Assembly: GCA_017654855.1 (NCBI GenBank)
Contig: JAFMPO010000001.1
Span: 1,054,001 to 1,118,000 of the forward strand
Direction: 5' to 3'
Length of the DNA stretch: 64,000 bases
Source: Podospora anserina
Taxonomy: Eukaryota
Shown: piece after piece, positions 50,328-64,000 of the stretch
How the letters are laid out: each line of letters starts with the position of its first letter
Numbering within the stretch: position 1 is the first letter of the stretch
Made by a program: the position numbers and the translations under genes
Notes under the pieces: model-generated
The model's database searches: none
Told to the model about the DNA's origin: nothing
Seen by the model: only the letters and a program-made list of their open reading frames with translations

Positions 50328-51717
50328 TTAGGCTGGGAGCTGGAAGTCCTTATACGTCCACTTCTCTGTGATCTTGGTCTTGGCCAGCCTCTTGTAGGGA
50401 ATCTTTCTCCGAGCCTCCATTTTGCCCCGAACCAACATGCTCCTGTACCTGTCCTTGAGCAGGTTGCCTTCTGGCTTCAGGAGTCTCAACGAATCCTGAA
50501 GCTCGTCTGGAAGCACAAGCTCCAAGTCCTTCTCCGGCAGCCTGTACCGGCCAAACTGTTTCCTCCGCAGCTTCTCGTCATCACCAATCTCCTCCGCATC
50601 ACTGAACTCGGCCTTTTCAAGGGCCAACTGCCTTTCCTTCTCTGCCACCTCCAACGCAATTTGCTTGATCCGCTCGGCCTGGGCATTCTTTGCCTTCATG
50701 GCCGCTTCGTGCTTCTGCCTCCGTTCTTCCTCCTTTCTTCTCTTGATTCTGTTTCTCTCAGCCTGTGTTTTGCGTCTTGGCCGCTTGGCCTTGACATTGA
50801 GCTCCTCTCCCGCACTCTCGAATCCTTCCCAAGCAGAATCGTCCTCCCACTCTGAAAGATCCGCCCTTGCCTCGGCAGCTTCAGCCTCGGCGGCTGATCG
50901 AGCGGCGGCCTCAAGTTTAATCCTTTCCGCTTCTAATTCGGCAAGACGCTTCTTCTCGGCCTCCACAGCCTTCTCGCTTTCCTCGATCAACCGTTCTCGA
51001 TACTCGGTGAAGTCGGGGTTGTAACTGGCGCCACCCTTCGGTACATAGACAGCAGGGATCGGTTTGCCGTTGGCAGAGAGTGAGATGGATTGTTGTTCGA
51101 GGGTCTTGGGCTTCTTGGGCTTCTCTTTCTCGGGCAGGAAAGCCAGCTCGACAGCCTTCTCTGGCTCTGGCTGTGGCTCGTCGGCCCAAGGGTCAAATGC
51201 GGCATCGACGATGTCAACCGTTGAGTCGTGTTGCCCATCTGCCACCCTCTTTAATCTGCTGAGCTCCTTGCCGCTGACATACTCCTTGCGCTGCCTTTTG
51301 ACTGGAAGAACACCATCTGTGGTCTTGTCGTGAGCGGGGCGCTTGCGCATAGGCACAGCCGGTACTGCTGACCGAGCCGCAAGAATCTCATCTGACTTGA
51401 GGCCCTTCTTGATCTTGGGGAACTTCTTGGTGATAGAGGCATCGCCCTTGACGTCGAGAACGAACAGATCGGCAGAATCCTTTTCCGCAATAACTCCACT
51501 GCAAAAGCACAATTGGTTAGCGACCGCAATCGCACATTCAAAAAGCAGGCATAATCGAGTCCTACCCAATAATCTTTTGAGTATTCAGCTGGTCAAGGCC
51601 CTTCGTGATGTCGGTAACGTCGACATTCTTGCGCCACGCCTTCTTGCCCTTCCTGGATGGTTGTTTGTACTGCGATGGGGCATCGATATTGCCCGAGGGG
51701 GCCTTGAGAACAGGCAT
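50328..51717 (-). CDS. NOP53: 60S biogenesis factor Nop53
   Basis: QPSRKGKKAWRKNVD, LFVLD (Mtr4 arch-interacting-type motif), RRKTQAERN, LPDELQDSLRLLKPEGNLLKDR, EKWTYKDF. One intron. Confidence 0.95.
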
Positions 51718-52462
51718 CTTGGACTGTGGCTGTGGTTGCTGTCGGTCGAACCAGTCGTTGCTTTCAAGCAACTTTTTTCTGGTGTTTTCGTCGACTACGA
51801 GTCTGGCCCAAAGCACCCTGCCAGAGAAACAAAGTGGGGTCCGGGTTTTCAAAATTTCAGCGGGTGTTCGTGGCTGATAAGATAAGAACCCCTGCACGTG
51901 GCGCATAAAGTACCATGCACGGGGTGTCAGGCGAGGGTGACCTGGCCAGCACCCAATCCGAGGTCCAGGCCTGATGCTTCTGGCTGCTTGCTCATGACGG
52001 CCGCCAAGAGCGCTGGAACGGCCAGGCGTGGCTTGCGAAAAACAGCGGGCGTCGCCTGGCTGGTGGCATGCACGCACGCATGGACACGCCCCCCCCTTTC
52101 ACCGTAGCCGCAATCGGGTCTGTTAAGGAGAGTTGAGAGACTGGGCGTTGTGGATTCGAGCCGAACCGAATTCCCATCACAAAGGGAACTTAGACCTCCC
52201 AGTTTTTGAACCTTACTCCGTACCGAGTATAATTTTCGAGGACACTTGTTCACTCCTAGACAATACCGATACAACCATCCGAAAGCTGTTGAACCACGCC
52301 GCGCTTCTTGGGTTCCTGGTCAGCCTGGCCACTGATTTGACGACGGTTAACGACGACTCCACGAGCACCCCTTTTAACGAATACACCCCTCCCTCCCTCA
52401 ACGACGGCCACCACCGCCGAGACGATACATTTCGATTCTCTACACCAAATAATATCAAAACC

Positions 52463-53351
<889 letters not shown>

Positions 53352-54171
53352 ACAGATTCAAAATGTGAGGGTCTGGACGTACACGAAGGGGGATGAATGA
53401 GTCGGGAGAGAGCCATGGTCATTCCGCACACGAATATACCGCGCAACCTCTGTTTTGCTTGCTTTTGTGTGAAGGTTAGACTAGGGAAGCATAGCGGGGG
53501 GTCATGGGTGGCTTTCACGCACCAAAGCGTTTCACATACTTGGTTAAATCTACGTAATGATATATCTTTAGGAGTTTGGGTAGCCGGAACAAGTGGAATA
53601 ACACGTTCAAGACACTCGATTCATCACTCGCTCAAAGTCCAAGTCGATCTTCTTTTGTGGGCAGGTAGAGGGGGTTACAGAGCCGTTGTTCTCAAAGCAC
53701 AACAAAGGTATTTGCCGGCTGCCCATGAAGATGTCTACAACACTCTGGAGATACATTCTAGTAAATAAACTTTTTTTCTGAACACAGCTCCCCTTTCTTA
53801 GTTGTAACGCCGAATTCGCCAAACCCGCAGAAGAAAAAAAAACAATGTTCATGCATGTATGCCCGTCCCCTTTGAGAATCATATCTTGGTCCACACAGAT
53901 TGTTCCTGGTGGCCCATGTTCAACGTCCCATTGGACGAACCACACATGTTCCCAACCTTCCTGATTAGCTGCTGATAGACGTCGTACTCATTGGCTCTGA
54001 GCCTAGCTCGGGTATCTTTTTCTCCTCCCATGACAGGACGATCGTCAAAAGGGAAAGTGACGAGAAATGACGGGTCTAACCCTTCCTTAACGCCACCCAG
54101 CTACCGGTAAAGGACATGAAGGGTGCTGAGACGGGAGCCAGTTCCGGATCACGGCTGAGAGATCGAGCCGC

Positions 54172-54924
54172 TCAGTCGGTATCCATCTCATCATCCTCGT
54201 CCTCGAATCCGTCGTCCTCGTCGTCATCCTCGCCCACAACACCGCCAAAAGACTCGGTAATTTCCTCCACGCCACCGTCAGTCCTGACCCTCAATCTCTT
54301 CACCTCACCACCGAAAGCCTTGCTCTTCTTCCCGGAAGCCTTGGCGGCGAGCTCCTCTCTCTCCAGCTCCTCAACATCGACACCCCTCTCAGCAGCCAAC
54401 TCAACCAACCTCCTCTTCTCGCTGCCCCTGAGTCTGGGAAGCAAGTGCTCGTTGTCAGCCACCAGCTTCCTGGCCGCGGCAACCTCGCGCGCCCTCTTGC
54501 CGGCCATGCGTTTCTTGTAGAAGATTCTCTCGCGGCGGGCCTTGATTTCGCTGATGCGCTCCATGGCCTTGAGGGTCTTGGCGAAGAGCTCGCGGTCGTA
54601 GCGGACGGGCACATTGCGGCGGGCGGCAAACTGCAGAGTGCTGTCGACCGTCATCTCCTTGCCGGCGTTCTTGCGATAGGCCTTTGTCCACTTGAGCTTG
54701 CGGGGGTTGCGCTTCATCTTGAAGTTCTTGTGACATTTTGAGCGGCAGAAGCGGAAAGATTTGCCTGCGAAATTCGCAACGAGCAATGGTCAGCGACAAT
54801 GGGAACACACACCAGCAAGGTGCAAGAGATCAAGAGGGGAGGACAAACCATCGTTGCGCATAAAGGTGATACCCTTGCTAGGCCACGCGGGCCTACCGCA
54901 GAAGAAACAGTTATCGACGCGCAT
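54172..54924 (-). CDS. RLP24: Ribosome biogenesis protein Rlp24
   Basis: [58 protein letters not shown], acidic tail. One intron. Confidence 0.96.
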
Positions 54925-57349
54925 CTTGGAGTGTGTATATGCGCCCCTTTGAAGACGTGGAAAAAAAGGGAAGCTAAGGTGGTGGTTGTTTTGCGAAAAG
55001 AGGGTGACAGGACTGCACTCTCTTCTCTCTCCACCTGGCGCTGAAGGTTCAACTTGCAGCAGGCCGAAAAAATTGACCGCCTTCTTTTGCCCACCCTCCG
55101 CTGCAGGAAAAAAAATGTGGGGTGTGGTGAAAATCGTTATCTTATCGGTCGCCAAGTGTTGAGAGACCAGCTTTTGAAGGGGTTAGGGTTATACAAGAGT
55201 ATCGGCGTCCACAAGACCTTGAAGATAGCTGAGAGAGGTACTCTCCGTTTGTATGCGCAATTGGTTAAGCGGGATTGACCCTTAAGTTACTGCCCGATTT
55301 TGAGTTGATGATCTCTGCAGTGTTTTGATTGATATAGTGAGTGTACTTCGTCTCGTCCTTTGAGGCCATGAATTTTGCAATCGGTCTGCAAGAATCTGGA
55401 AAGGTTGGATCCTAAGGAATTCCACTCCCAATTGCTCTTTCGTTGACGTTCGGGATGTAGAATCGATTACTTGTAGATACTAAAGCTTCGATAAGTTTAT
55501 GTAGATTTGCTGCATCTAGCTCGGAAGGAAAGGATGTAATTCAATTATCTGTACTCACGCCGTTTTGACTGGGCTGCTTCGTTGAAAATGTGCTCGAGGT
55601 CAGTTTATGAATGGTCTCTCACTGCTATCAAGAAAGAGATGCCTGGAAAAGCTGATTCCCCCATATTTTGGCAAGCCCAGCCGTATTGTGAGATATGAAG
55701 AAGTATCATGTGATACGTTTGAAGAGCAGCAGAGTTTCACCATCGCGAGCCTTGGCTTCCGAAGCGATGGGAGGTGCCAAGACAGGGTTTGGACGCTAAC
55801 CTGAGGCTTGGTGATCAGTTCCACTCACCTCACTGGGCAGCCTTCGAGTACACGCAGAGAATGATCTCTACATACGAACTTCTCTTACAATCTGGATTCA
55901 AAACTGAAAGAAGTCAATTGCATCGAGCGTAGCAAGGGCTTTTGTGTTGTCCTTCACGGTTCTGGGACGCGAGAACCGCTTACGGCAGTCCAGGGGCTGC
56001 CCATGTGACCAACATGCGCCTGAGGGTTTCGCCCCAGGCCTGAAGGCTGGATGTTGATTATAATTCAAAGCACCCGGTGGCCCGGACTTGATCTCCGGAG
56101 TTTCTGTGTGTATGAGCGCTGCAAAAATCTTTCTTGCAATCAGATGAATTACATCAAAATAAGGTTTTCGATCGCGGTCAAGCAATGGCAAGAGACGTCA
56201 AATGAAGACGCCGTCGAGGATCGTGAACTCCACACATGACCCACTTGGCGCCGTTGTTTTCTGGGGAAAGTCTGGGGAATGTGGAGCAGTTAGACCAAGG
56301 TGGCTCCACCGACCCTCAATTGACAACGCTAGCACACAACCAAGAGGGAAACAATATCAAGTTTGATATCAAAAACATCTTGGGGTTTTGTTTTTGACCC
56401 TCTAACAATTCCAAATCCTTCTCCAACATTGGAGGCTCTGTCAAAGAGAAACAAGCTGAGCAGGGCCTGAGAGACAAGCCTAATCATCCTTTCCTCCCCC
56501 GCATTTCAAGTGTCTTGTGGCGCCATGTCAGTCCGTAAAGTGAGACGACATGGTTGACGGCTGGCAAGAGTGAGTCCAAAGTGACGTCCAATGAAGTCCA
56601 TGATTGGTGCATGGATATTGCTGCGGTCTCTTACCCCGCTTTCTACCAGGCATGTCTGTGGGTGGTCTTTCCGCTCCTGTCAACGCGCCGCTTGATTGGC
56701 CTTGGCTGGTGCATCCCCTTCCTTCCTGGTTGGGCTTTGGAGTATGCCTGGGAAGGTCGTGGTGGCCATCGCTCCAAGCTCCTCGAAGGAGATGTGGCGG
56801 TTGCCCTTGAGGAGGGATACGTTCCTGCTGGCTGGATCATGGGAAGTGTATGCCAGCTGAGCACACCCGGGACAGGGTCGCCAACCCAGCCATAAAGGGG
56901 GTTTCCCGTCCCTCCCACTTCATCTTGACCTTACCTTCCCCAAGCTCTTCCCGCTCTTTGTTTGTGTGTAACATCTCCTCTTCTTTGTTCCACCGCGTGT
57001 AGACGTCAGTCCATCAACATCTGCATCTAGAGAACGATTTCCTTTGGTGGTGCATCTCCGTCAATCTACCTATCCTAGGTTCACCGCGGTCGATAACCGC
57101 TCTGGTATAGACGAGAAGGGTATGTGTTCCTTCCTCTCTTTCATCACCAGGCATCATCGTCACCTGTTTTGCCTGATGAGCCCACTATCTCCTTGCTTCT
57201 TCCCTAGGGTGTACCCCATCACGTCGCAGCAACCAAATCACATCGGTTCCAAGATTGTCATTGTGCTAACGTCAACACCTGTTGAAGATTTCCTGTCTCT
57301 TGCAACGAACTCCCCATACGATCTATTTCCCCTCGAACCATCTCTCAAA

Positions 57350-57673
57350 ATGCCCGTCCGCATCCCCGCTGCCACTCGGACTGAGGTCTTCTGCATGGGG
57401 GCAGGTGGCCTCAGCGCCTTTGCACCTTTCTACATGATCATCCCTGGCGCCGAGGAGCGTGTCGCTCGCCAGACCACCAAGTGGGCGCCCAAATGGGAGC
57501 GCAACATCACCATGTTCAAGTCTCCAGTTGAGCGTGGTGTCCAGCGGATCTCGCCCCCGGTAGCCCGCACTGTTCAGAAGGTTGAGCACAAACTTCATCT
57601 TGAACAGGCAGCACAGAAGACTGGCCGGGGTATCTCGAAGAGCTTTGACAAGATGGGTATGAAGCACACCTGA
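57350..57673 (+). CDS. Small uncharacterised protein (107 aa), one hydrophobic segment and a basic amphipathic tail
   Basis: CAAAATG start context, C/G-ending codon bias, 5' UTR intron at 57120-57288 (GTATGT..GCTAAC..AAG), upstream TATA-like CATAAA and CT-rich tract. Confidence 0.75.
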   Translation: MPVRIPAATRTEVFCMGAGGLSAFAPFYMIIPGAEERVARQTTKWAPKWERNITMFKSPVERGVQRISPPVARTVQKVEHKLHLEQAAQKTGRGISKSFDKMGMKHT

Positions 57674-59650
57674 AAGTTTGGCGATGGGAAAGATCAAGTT
57701 GGTATGATGACATGATGGGAATGAAACACAACAATGGGTATCGTGTTGGCGTTGGCTTTGTTGCGCTCCTGTACATAAGTACTTGTGTTTGATGATGGGT
57801 GGTCCATGGTATTGCAATGGAAGCTAAATGAGGTATTGGAGCTCCAGCGCTGCCTCCATTCACTAGGAATATATGGCAGTATGACTGTGATTGGGCGTCT
57901 ACCTGTGCAGTACCAACTCCGTCCTGTATGTTAGCATTACATGTCAAGCTTTTGCTGTCTTACAATTGCTTCCTTTCTCTTTTTTCCGCTATCAACAAAA
58001 TCCCGATAATGGTCTGTACGTCCACAGCTGTTCTATAATTCTCGCCATGGCAGATGTCATCACGTTCATCTTTTAGGCCAACATCAGGCTGGCAGACACT
58101 TGTATTGCCAGATAGAACATAACCGCAGTACAGCGTCAAACTATCTTCGAGGTGTAGGAAGATGGCACTGGTTGATGCTGTGATAGAAACATGCAACTCT
58201 GTAATGCTGCTGGTGTAAAGTTAGGTAAGCCCGACGCCTAAGTTCAATGTTTCTTATGGCTTCATTCGAGCTGACATTTCTCTTCAGTATAAGACATGGT
58301 CATGTTGACCTCGATCATCAGCAGAGGCATATACTCAAATATGGTGTTCTGGTATTCCGCAGAAAGGTAATGGACAGTTCATTGCTGTATTCCTGAAAGA
58401 AGAGTCCCTTCCTGTCGATGACATGGAGCCCTACCAATTTGTGTACGGGCACTCCATCTGCAATGTTCTCATTACACAAGCATCACAACGTAGAAAGACC
58501 TATGTTGTCGCCAAGCGCTCACGCTTAAATTCATCATTGGAGACTGGGTCTGTATAACTAGTATCTCGTGAGAAAATGCAGAACATCTAGGTAGGGTTCT
58601 CAACTGTCAAGGATGTTTCAAGCCGGCTCAGTTGCTCGTCCACAGTAGATGGCATGGGTTCAAGTACCGGTCTGTATCTGGCGGCATTGTTGAGTCCAAA
58701 GGACGGTGTAAGTCGCAAAGTGAGCCAATCATATAACTCGACGGACTGGGCGGGTGGAGTTAAGGTCAGAAAAGGCCAGCGCGCTGTTGCAAATAGGTTA
58801 GCATGAAAGAGAAATCAACTGAGATGAACTTCATGCATCGAAAGCTTTACGCCCGTGAGAGCCTTACGACTAGTGTTGAAAATTCCCCATCTGTCTTGAA
58901 CGAGGAGCACCTAGGTAGACATCTTACAGAGCAGCCAACGATCTTTTCTCATAGCGCGTGCTGACCGTGGTGGCTTCTAACTTTCCAGGGTCGCCAACCA
59001 AAAAACGCCCCCTACCAGCAGGCTGGAACCAGGGGCGTCTTTCACGCTCGCTGACTGGTGATTAAAATGGGTTACCGAGAGAAAGTAAGCGATGTAATTA
59101 CGTATGACTGGTCAATGTACTGAATGGCTTTTCCCATATTCAAACATCGCGGTTCTATTCAGGACGCAATTCACGGCCTCACATTTTGAGCAGATACGCG
59201 GATACAAGCCATGAAAAATGGCCCCGCTATTTCCAACCGGCGCTCTTGGGCGCAACGCAAGCTTTCAAGGAAAACCAAGGCTTCAAAAGGCCCACACATT
59301 TCTGTTGGTCGCATAAAACTTGAACGTTGAGTGGCTCGAGAGCCAGTGCCGACTGATCCGATCCTGTTTGGGAAGTCTGGCCAAGACGGCGCGACACAAC
59401 AGGAGGAGACCCAGGTGGAGTTGTTGATCGGGACCCTGAGGAAGTCCGAGATTTGTCGAGTTTAGTTGGTTCTGCGATTTTAGCTTCGGTTCCCTCTCCT
59501 GATCATCGCATTTCTGGCACAAAAACACTTCGACTTCTGCGCTTCTTGACGATTTTGGTTTGCGATTTCTCTTTGGGCGTTTGTACGGTTAAGGCGCAAC
59601 GGGGATCAGGAAAAAGACCAAATAAAAGACGAAAAAGAACGGGGGAAAAA

Positions 59651-60478
59651 ATGATATCCTCACGATCGTCGTGTCGGCTTCGGCTGCCTCGCCCAAGGGT
59701 TTGTTGGTCCTCGATGCCCTCCTTTTCGAAAGTTCAGACACTGATCATCGCGCAGTCATTCCTAGGCTTCATGTCCCTACAGACCGGCACGGAGCTTGTC
59801 TCTCTTGCGCTCTTGTTCAACAAGGCGACGGGAATCTATGGCCTCCTTACCCTCTTCACGGGCTTCCAGATGTCGATCCTTCAGTTCACCGCCTACTTCA
59901 TTTCGATTGCCGTTATCGCCGTTCTGGCGTTCTGCCTCCCACATATTCGCAAGGGAACGCCGTTTCAAAACCTCTTGCTAGCCTGGGTTTACGCGGTGGA
60001 CACGATTGTGAGCGGACTATACACGACAGCTTTTGCGACGGGGTGGTACATGCAGTTAAAGGAGATGCAGGCCACTGTCGCCTCAGGAGCTCCCGAAGAA
60101 GAGGAATTTCAAATGGTTGAGCCTAGGGGCGAGACAACCACCCCAGTCAGAGACGACGGCATCGACACGGCGTTTAGCATGGTGCTTATTATTGGGTTTA
60201 CACTTATCAGGATTTACTTCAGCTTGGTTATCATGGCCTATGCTCGGGCCGTTATCCTGCGGTTTGTTGACGAGAGGGTGCCCGAGTCTGACGAGGATGA
60301 TGAGTCCGGGTCGGCACCAAATCCGTTTGCTGAGGGTGCCCCCCTGGGAGAGGGATTGGAGGGCAAGATTGGGAGGTACATGATTTCTGTGGGGAAGAGC
60401 TATTGGCTTGGTGGAAGAAAGGAGGATGAGGAATGGGCTAAAGATGTTCATTCAAAATTCAGGAGCAGCAGGAGATGA
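59651..60478 (+). CDS. KEI1: IPC synthase regulatory subunit Kei1 (DUF1753)
   Basis: LPRPR-SFLGFMSLQTGTEL..FNKATGIYGLL, several TM helices, RIYFSLVIMAYAR. In-frame intron ~59699-59755. Confidence 0.85.
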   Translation: MISSRSSCRLRLPRPRVCWSSMPSFSKVQTLIIAQSFLGFMSLQTGTELVSLALLFNKATGIYGLLTLFTGFQMSILQFTAYFISIAVIAVLAFCLPHIRKGTPFQNLLLAWVYAVDTIVSGLYTTAFATGWYMQLKEMQATVASGAPEEEEFQMVEPRGETTTPVRDDGIDTAFSMVLIIGFTLIRIYFSLVIMAYARAVILRFVDERVPESDEDDESGSAPNPFAEGAPLGEGLEGKIGRYMISVGKSYWLGGRKEDEEWAKDVHSKFRSSRR

Positions 60479-61445
60479 TTCTCCTCTGCCGGTGATGTTG
60501 TCGAGATGTGGGACGAAGTACATAATGGCGGAGGCGAGTCACATGTTTTCAGCGGCATTTAATGAGTTCAAAGGGCCATCTTTCTGATATAGCACGGTAC
60601 ATTTGGGCGCATGGCTGGTTGGCATACTGCCCTTTTTTTATACTAGACATTGTCATAATAGGGGTTAGGATCTTCGGTTCAGGGGCAAGTAGGGGGGTTG
60701 GAGCTGGGGAGCTAATCATATTCACTCAGATAATAATGGATACGTTGAGAGACAACATCCCACCATGAACCCTTTGTACGAATTATGTACAATTTACGAC
60801 ATCTCGCCAGAGAGCCACGTGTGGCGGACTTGGCAACACCACCTGACTGCTCGCCCGCGCGGGTTGACATACCGCAGTAGATGACCCCCATCTCCATGGG
60901 ACGTGAGAAGAGGTGAGAAGAGAGGATGGAAAGGCTGTGACCCCGAAGCCAAAGCCGAAACAGAGACGGATCCAGGTTCCCGTTTCAACGGCCTATGCCG
61001 AGAGACGAGCATGTTGGGTGCCGAAGACAAAGTGGAACGGCTGGGTTCGGAGACCCGGTGTTAGTCATTGTGGGCAGCGGTGGCATCAACTTCAGATGGT
61101 GGGTGTCAAAGGAGGCATCGAGGAAGTCCATGACAAAGCATGATTTGAATCCCACGCGTGCAATTCGCTGGATGTGCAGCAGCACTCTGGGGGTTCTGGG
61201 CAATTCCCGGGATTCGAGGCGCTAGAGCGATCACGCAATCGATCACCTCTTGCGCCCACCTACCCATCAAGAGAAATTTGGGACACATGCGGGGCCGATA
61301 TAGGGACCCTTTCGCATGAATTGCCTCCGGCTGCACCTTACATAAGTGCCATTGTTTTTTTTCCCTTTTGTCTGCTTGCGATGCAGTAATTCCCTTTCCC
61401 AGTCACTCCTCACACACTCTCAGTTCTCCTGTCGATACCCTCACG

Positions 61446-64000
61446 ATGGCAGGCGCACTCACCACGATAAGGACGCCTGAAGAAGCCGGTAAGACACCCA
61501 AACCCCTCCCCCACATTACCCCAAGCTGTCAAATCGCCGCGAGCAAGCTTTCCCTGCCCCGCCAAAATTGTTTGCTCGCAATGCGACCGACAGCCGGACT
61601 CAACCCGGCATCTCGACCGACAGCCGGGCACACTGCGAAAAGCCTCACAACCGTCCCCAGGGTGTTGATGAGGTGCGCGCAAGCAGTGTAGAGACAGGTA
61701 GCTGACAGTTGATTGGACTAGTCGCGAGAATTGCATACCTTTCCAGCGATGTGGTCATCTCAGTCCAGCCGTCGCTCGCCTCTGATTCCGAGTTCTCGAG
61801 CCACTTGAAGCAGCTCGCCAAACAAAAGGAACAAAGCTTGGTCGCGAAGACCTCGGACGCTGTTCCAGAAATCCAATCAGTCAGACACAACAACGACCCA
61901 TTACTCTCCGTCTTCACTCCCATCCGCTCCGGCCAGCTGGTTTCCGTCACCACCACATCTTCCATTCTCCTGCCCTCGGTAGCACATCTCTACAAGCTTG
62001 CCAACCTCCCGGTCGTCATCCATGTTGCGCTTGGTCCCAAGAGCTTCCCAGACTACTCGGCCATCACCTCCATCAGAAATTCGGGATGGACCTTCCTCCA
62101 GTCCTGGTCCCTCCAGGAGGCTCAAGACATTGCGCTGACTGCTCATGCCTTGGCCATTCGCTCGGGCAAGGGTGTCATCCACTTCTTCGACCCCAGCTCC
62201 GGTGCTGTTGCCGAGTCCATTGAGGGCGCGAGCGCCGACGTTGTCCGCGCTGTCCTCAACCTCGACAATGTGCGGAGGTTCCAGTCTGCGCCGATCTCGG
62301 GGTCAGGGATCTACGCGGATGATGGGCGGGTCGCCGTGGTTTCTGAGCAGCCGGAACCCCTGGCTCTCTCTGGTGGAGTCACCGCCAACCAAGCAGGAGA
62401 GGGTGAAGCAGAAACCCCTCTTCTTACCTCACAGTCGTCAGTCAAGTCCAGTCAACAGAGTGAGACCAGCACGCCACCAAGTGTATCCACTGCAACTACC
62501 ATCGAGCCCGCAGCTCCCCTTGTGTCGTCCGAGGATATCTACAAGTACGTCACCGGCATCTGGGCTCAGCTCAACCAGCTTGTCGGCAGGCAATACAACG
62601 CCTTCGAGTGGACGGGGTCACAATCGGCCGAAAACACCATCTTCCTCTTTGGCTCAGATGTTGCCTTGTTCTCTGACGCTATTGCCAAGGCACAGTCTGG
62701 TGACTCCTTTGCCAACGCTGGCATCGTTGCTCCTAGACTTTACCGCCCGTGGCTGGGCGCCAAGTTGATCGATGCCCTTCCCAAATCTGTCAAGAGGGTG
62801 GCAGTCCTTGAGCAGGTGTCGAGAAAGACCACAAAGTGGGGCCCCGTTCTCATCGATGTCTTGACTTCTGTCAAGAGTGCTGTTGGTGGTGTCGAGACTA
62901 TTGTTGGGTACCAAATTGGCTACATCACCAAGGAAAGTGTCAAGCAAGCTTTGTCCGGTGTTTTCCAGAACTTGACTCTAGAAAAGCCTGTACAGAACTT
63001 GGAGGTTGGTGAGCGCGAGATTCCTCAGGAGACCTCCGAGTACGACCTTTCGAAGCCCAAGCTTGAGGTTTCTTATACCAAGATCCTCGATCAGTTGTTT
63101 GGAAGCAGAGCCTTTGTCGCCAACTCCCTCGATTCCGACAATGCCGGCGTCTCACGGACCATCTCGGCCACTCCCGAGTATGGTTTCGGCTCTCTCCTCG
63201 CCAGAAAGGAGCGCAGACAAAAGTTTGTTGCCGAGGTCAAGGAGGCCGCCAGCAATGGCCGTTTCCTGACTGAAGTTCCCAAGAGAGCCTTGGCCAAGTG
63301 GGTAGCTAGCGCTGACGATGCGAAGAAGTCTGAGGAGGCTGCCGAGGAGGTTGTTTCCAAGCTTACACTCGACAACTCGACGCCATCAAAGGCCCTGCTC
63401 CAGCACAAGGCATTCTTTCGCAAGCAGTCTCTTTGGCTTGTTGGGTCCGACGCCTGGGCTTATGACCTTGGCAACTCTGGCGTTCATCAGGTTCTGGCTT
63501 CGGGCGAAAATGTCAACCTGCTCATCATTGACTCGACCCCTTACTCTGAGCGCGCTGCCGCTGATGCGAACCGCAGAAAGAAGGACATTGGTCTCTATGC
63601 CATGAACTTTGGAAACGCTTACGTCGCCTCCACCGCCGTCTACAGCTCTTACACCCAGGTTCTTCAGGCTATGGATGAGGCCGACAAGTTCAATGGCCCC
63701 TCTATCGTTCTGGCTTATCTTCCCTACTTTGGTGAGCACGAGTCTCCTTTGACCGTTCTCACTGAGACCAAGAAGGCCGTGGACCTTGGTTACTGGCCTC
63801 TGTACCGGTGGAACCCCGAGAATGAGAAGAAGGGCGAGCCCAACTTCTCTCTTGACTCTGAGCGTATCAAGAAGGAGCTCAAGGCCTTCCTTGACAGAGA
63901 CAACCAGCTCACTCAGATGATGCGGAAGGAACCCCAGTTTGGTGCTGTTCTTGATCAGGACTTTGGTACTGAGATTCGCGCCCAGCAGAAGCGCAAGGCC
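61446..64000 (+). CDS. MET5: Sulfite reductase beta subunit (runs off window)
   Basis: Intron 61489-61721; RLYRPW, PEYGFG, WLVGSDAWAYDLGNSG, RKKDIGLYAMN, YVASTAVYSSYTQ, GPSIVLAYLP, GYWPLYRWNP match Met5/Ecm17. Confidence 0.92.

Noticed and set aside
51718-52077. In-frame upstream extension of NOP53
   Set aside because: It crosses promoter motifs of a divergent gene pair, has no targeting-like composition and probably lies upstream of the TSS.
60810-61395. CACGTG/TGTGGC and ATGCAGTAAT upstream of MET5 as sulfur-regulon sites
   Set aside because: Only partial matches to Cbf1/Met31 or CYS-3 (ATGRYRYCAT) consensus.

Overview
Gene-dense, intron-containing window from a filamentous ascomycete (GT..CTRAC..YAG introns of about 55-80 nt; gene content and style fit Sordariales, possibly Podospora, which is inference). 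About 23 mostly housekeeping genes: a truncated secreted repeat-domain protein, TRS85, CHM7-like, RAD18, INCENP, a J-domain protein, a PLP aminotransferase, a PRRC2/BAT2-like protein, ATP17, NDUFS4/nuo-21, a GID8-like CTLH protein, URK1, EF-hand NDE1, EMC4, AP-2 beta, a MARVEL protein, NMA111, NOP53, YPT6, RLP24, a small orphan ORF, KEI1 and MET5 (truncated). I saw no transposons, tRNA/rRNA genes, CRISPR arrays or RIP-like AT-rich blocks, and no clear novel multi-gene system. The best leads are at RNA and isoform level: (1) two intronic box C/D snoRNAs in the GID8-like gene, one with a compensatory non-canonical C/D pair; (2) an acid-free 107-aa presequence-like extension on NMA111; (3) a ~1.1 kb AUG-free spliced leader and a 414-nt in-frame exitron in the J-domain gene; (4) a structured, possibly switchable first intron in MET5; (5) a ~200-nt intergenic fold-back. 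Exon boundaries were read by eye, and all family assignments come from recalled motifs, not database searches.
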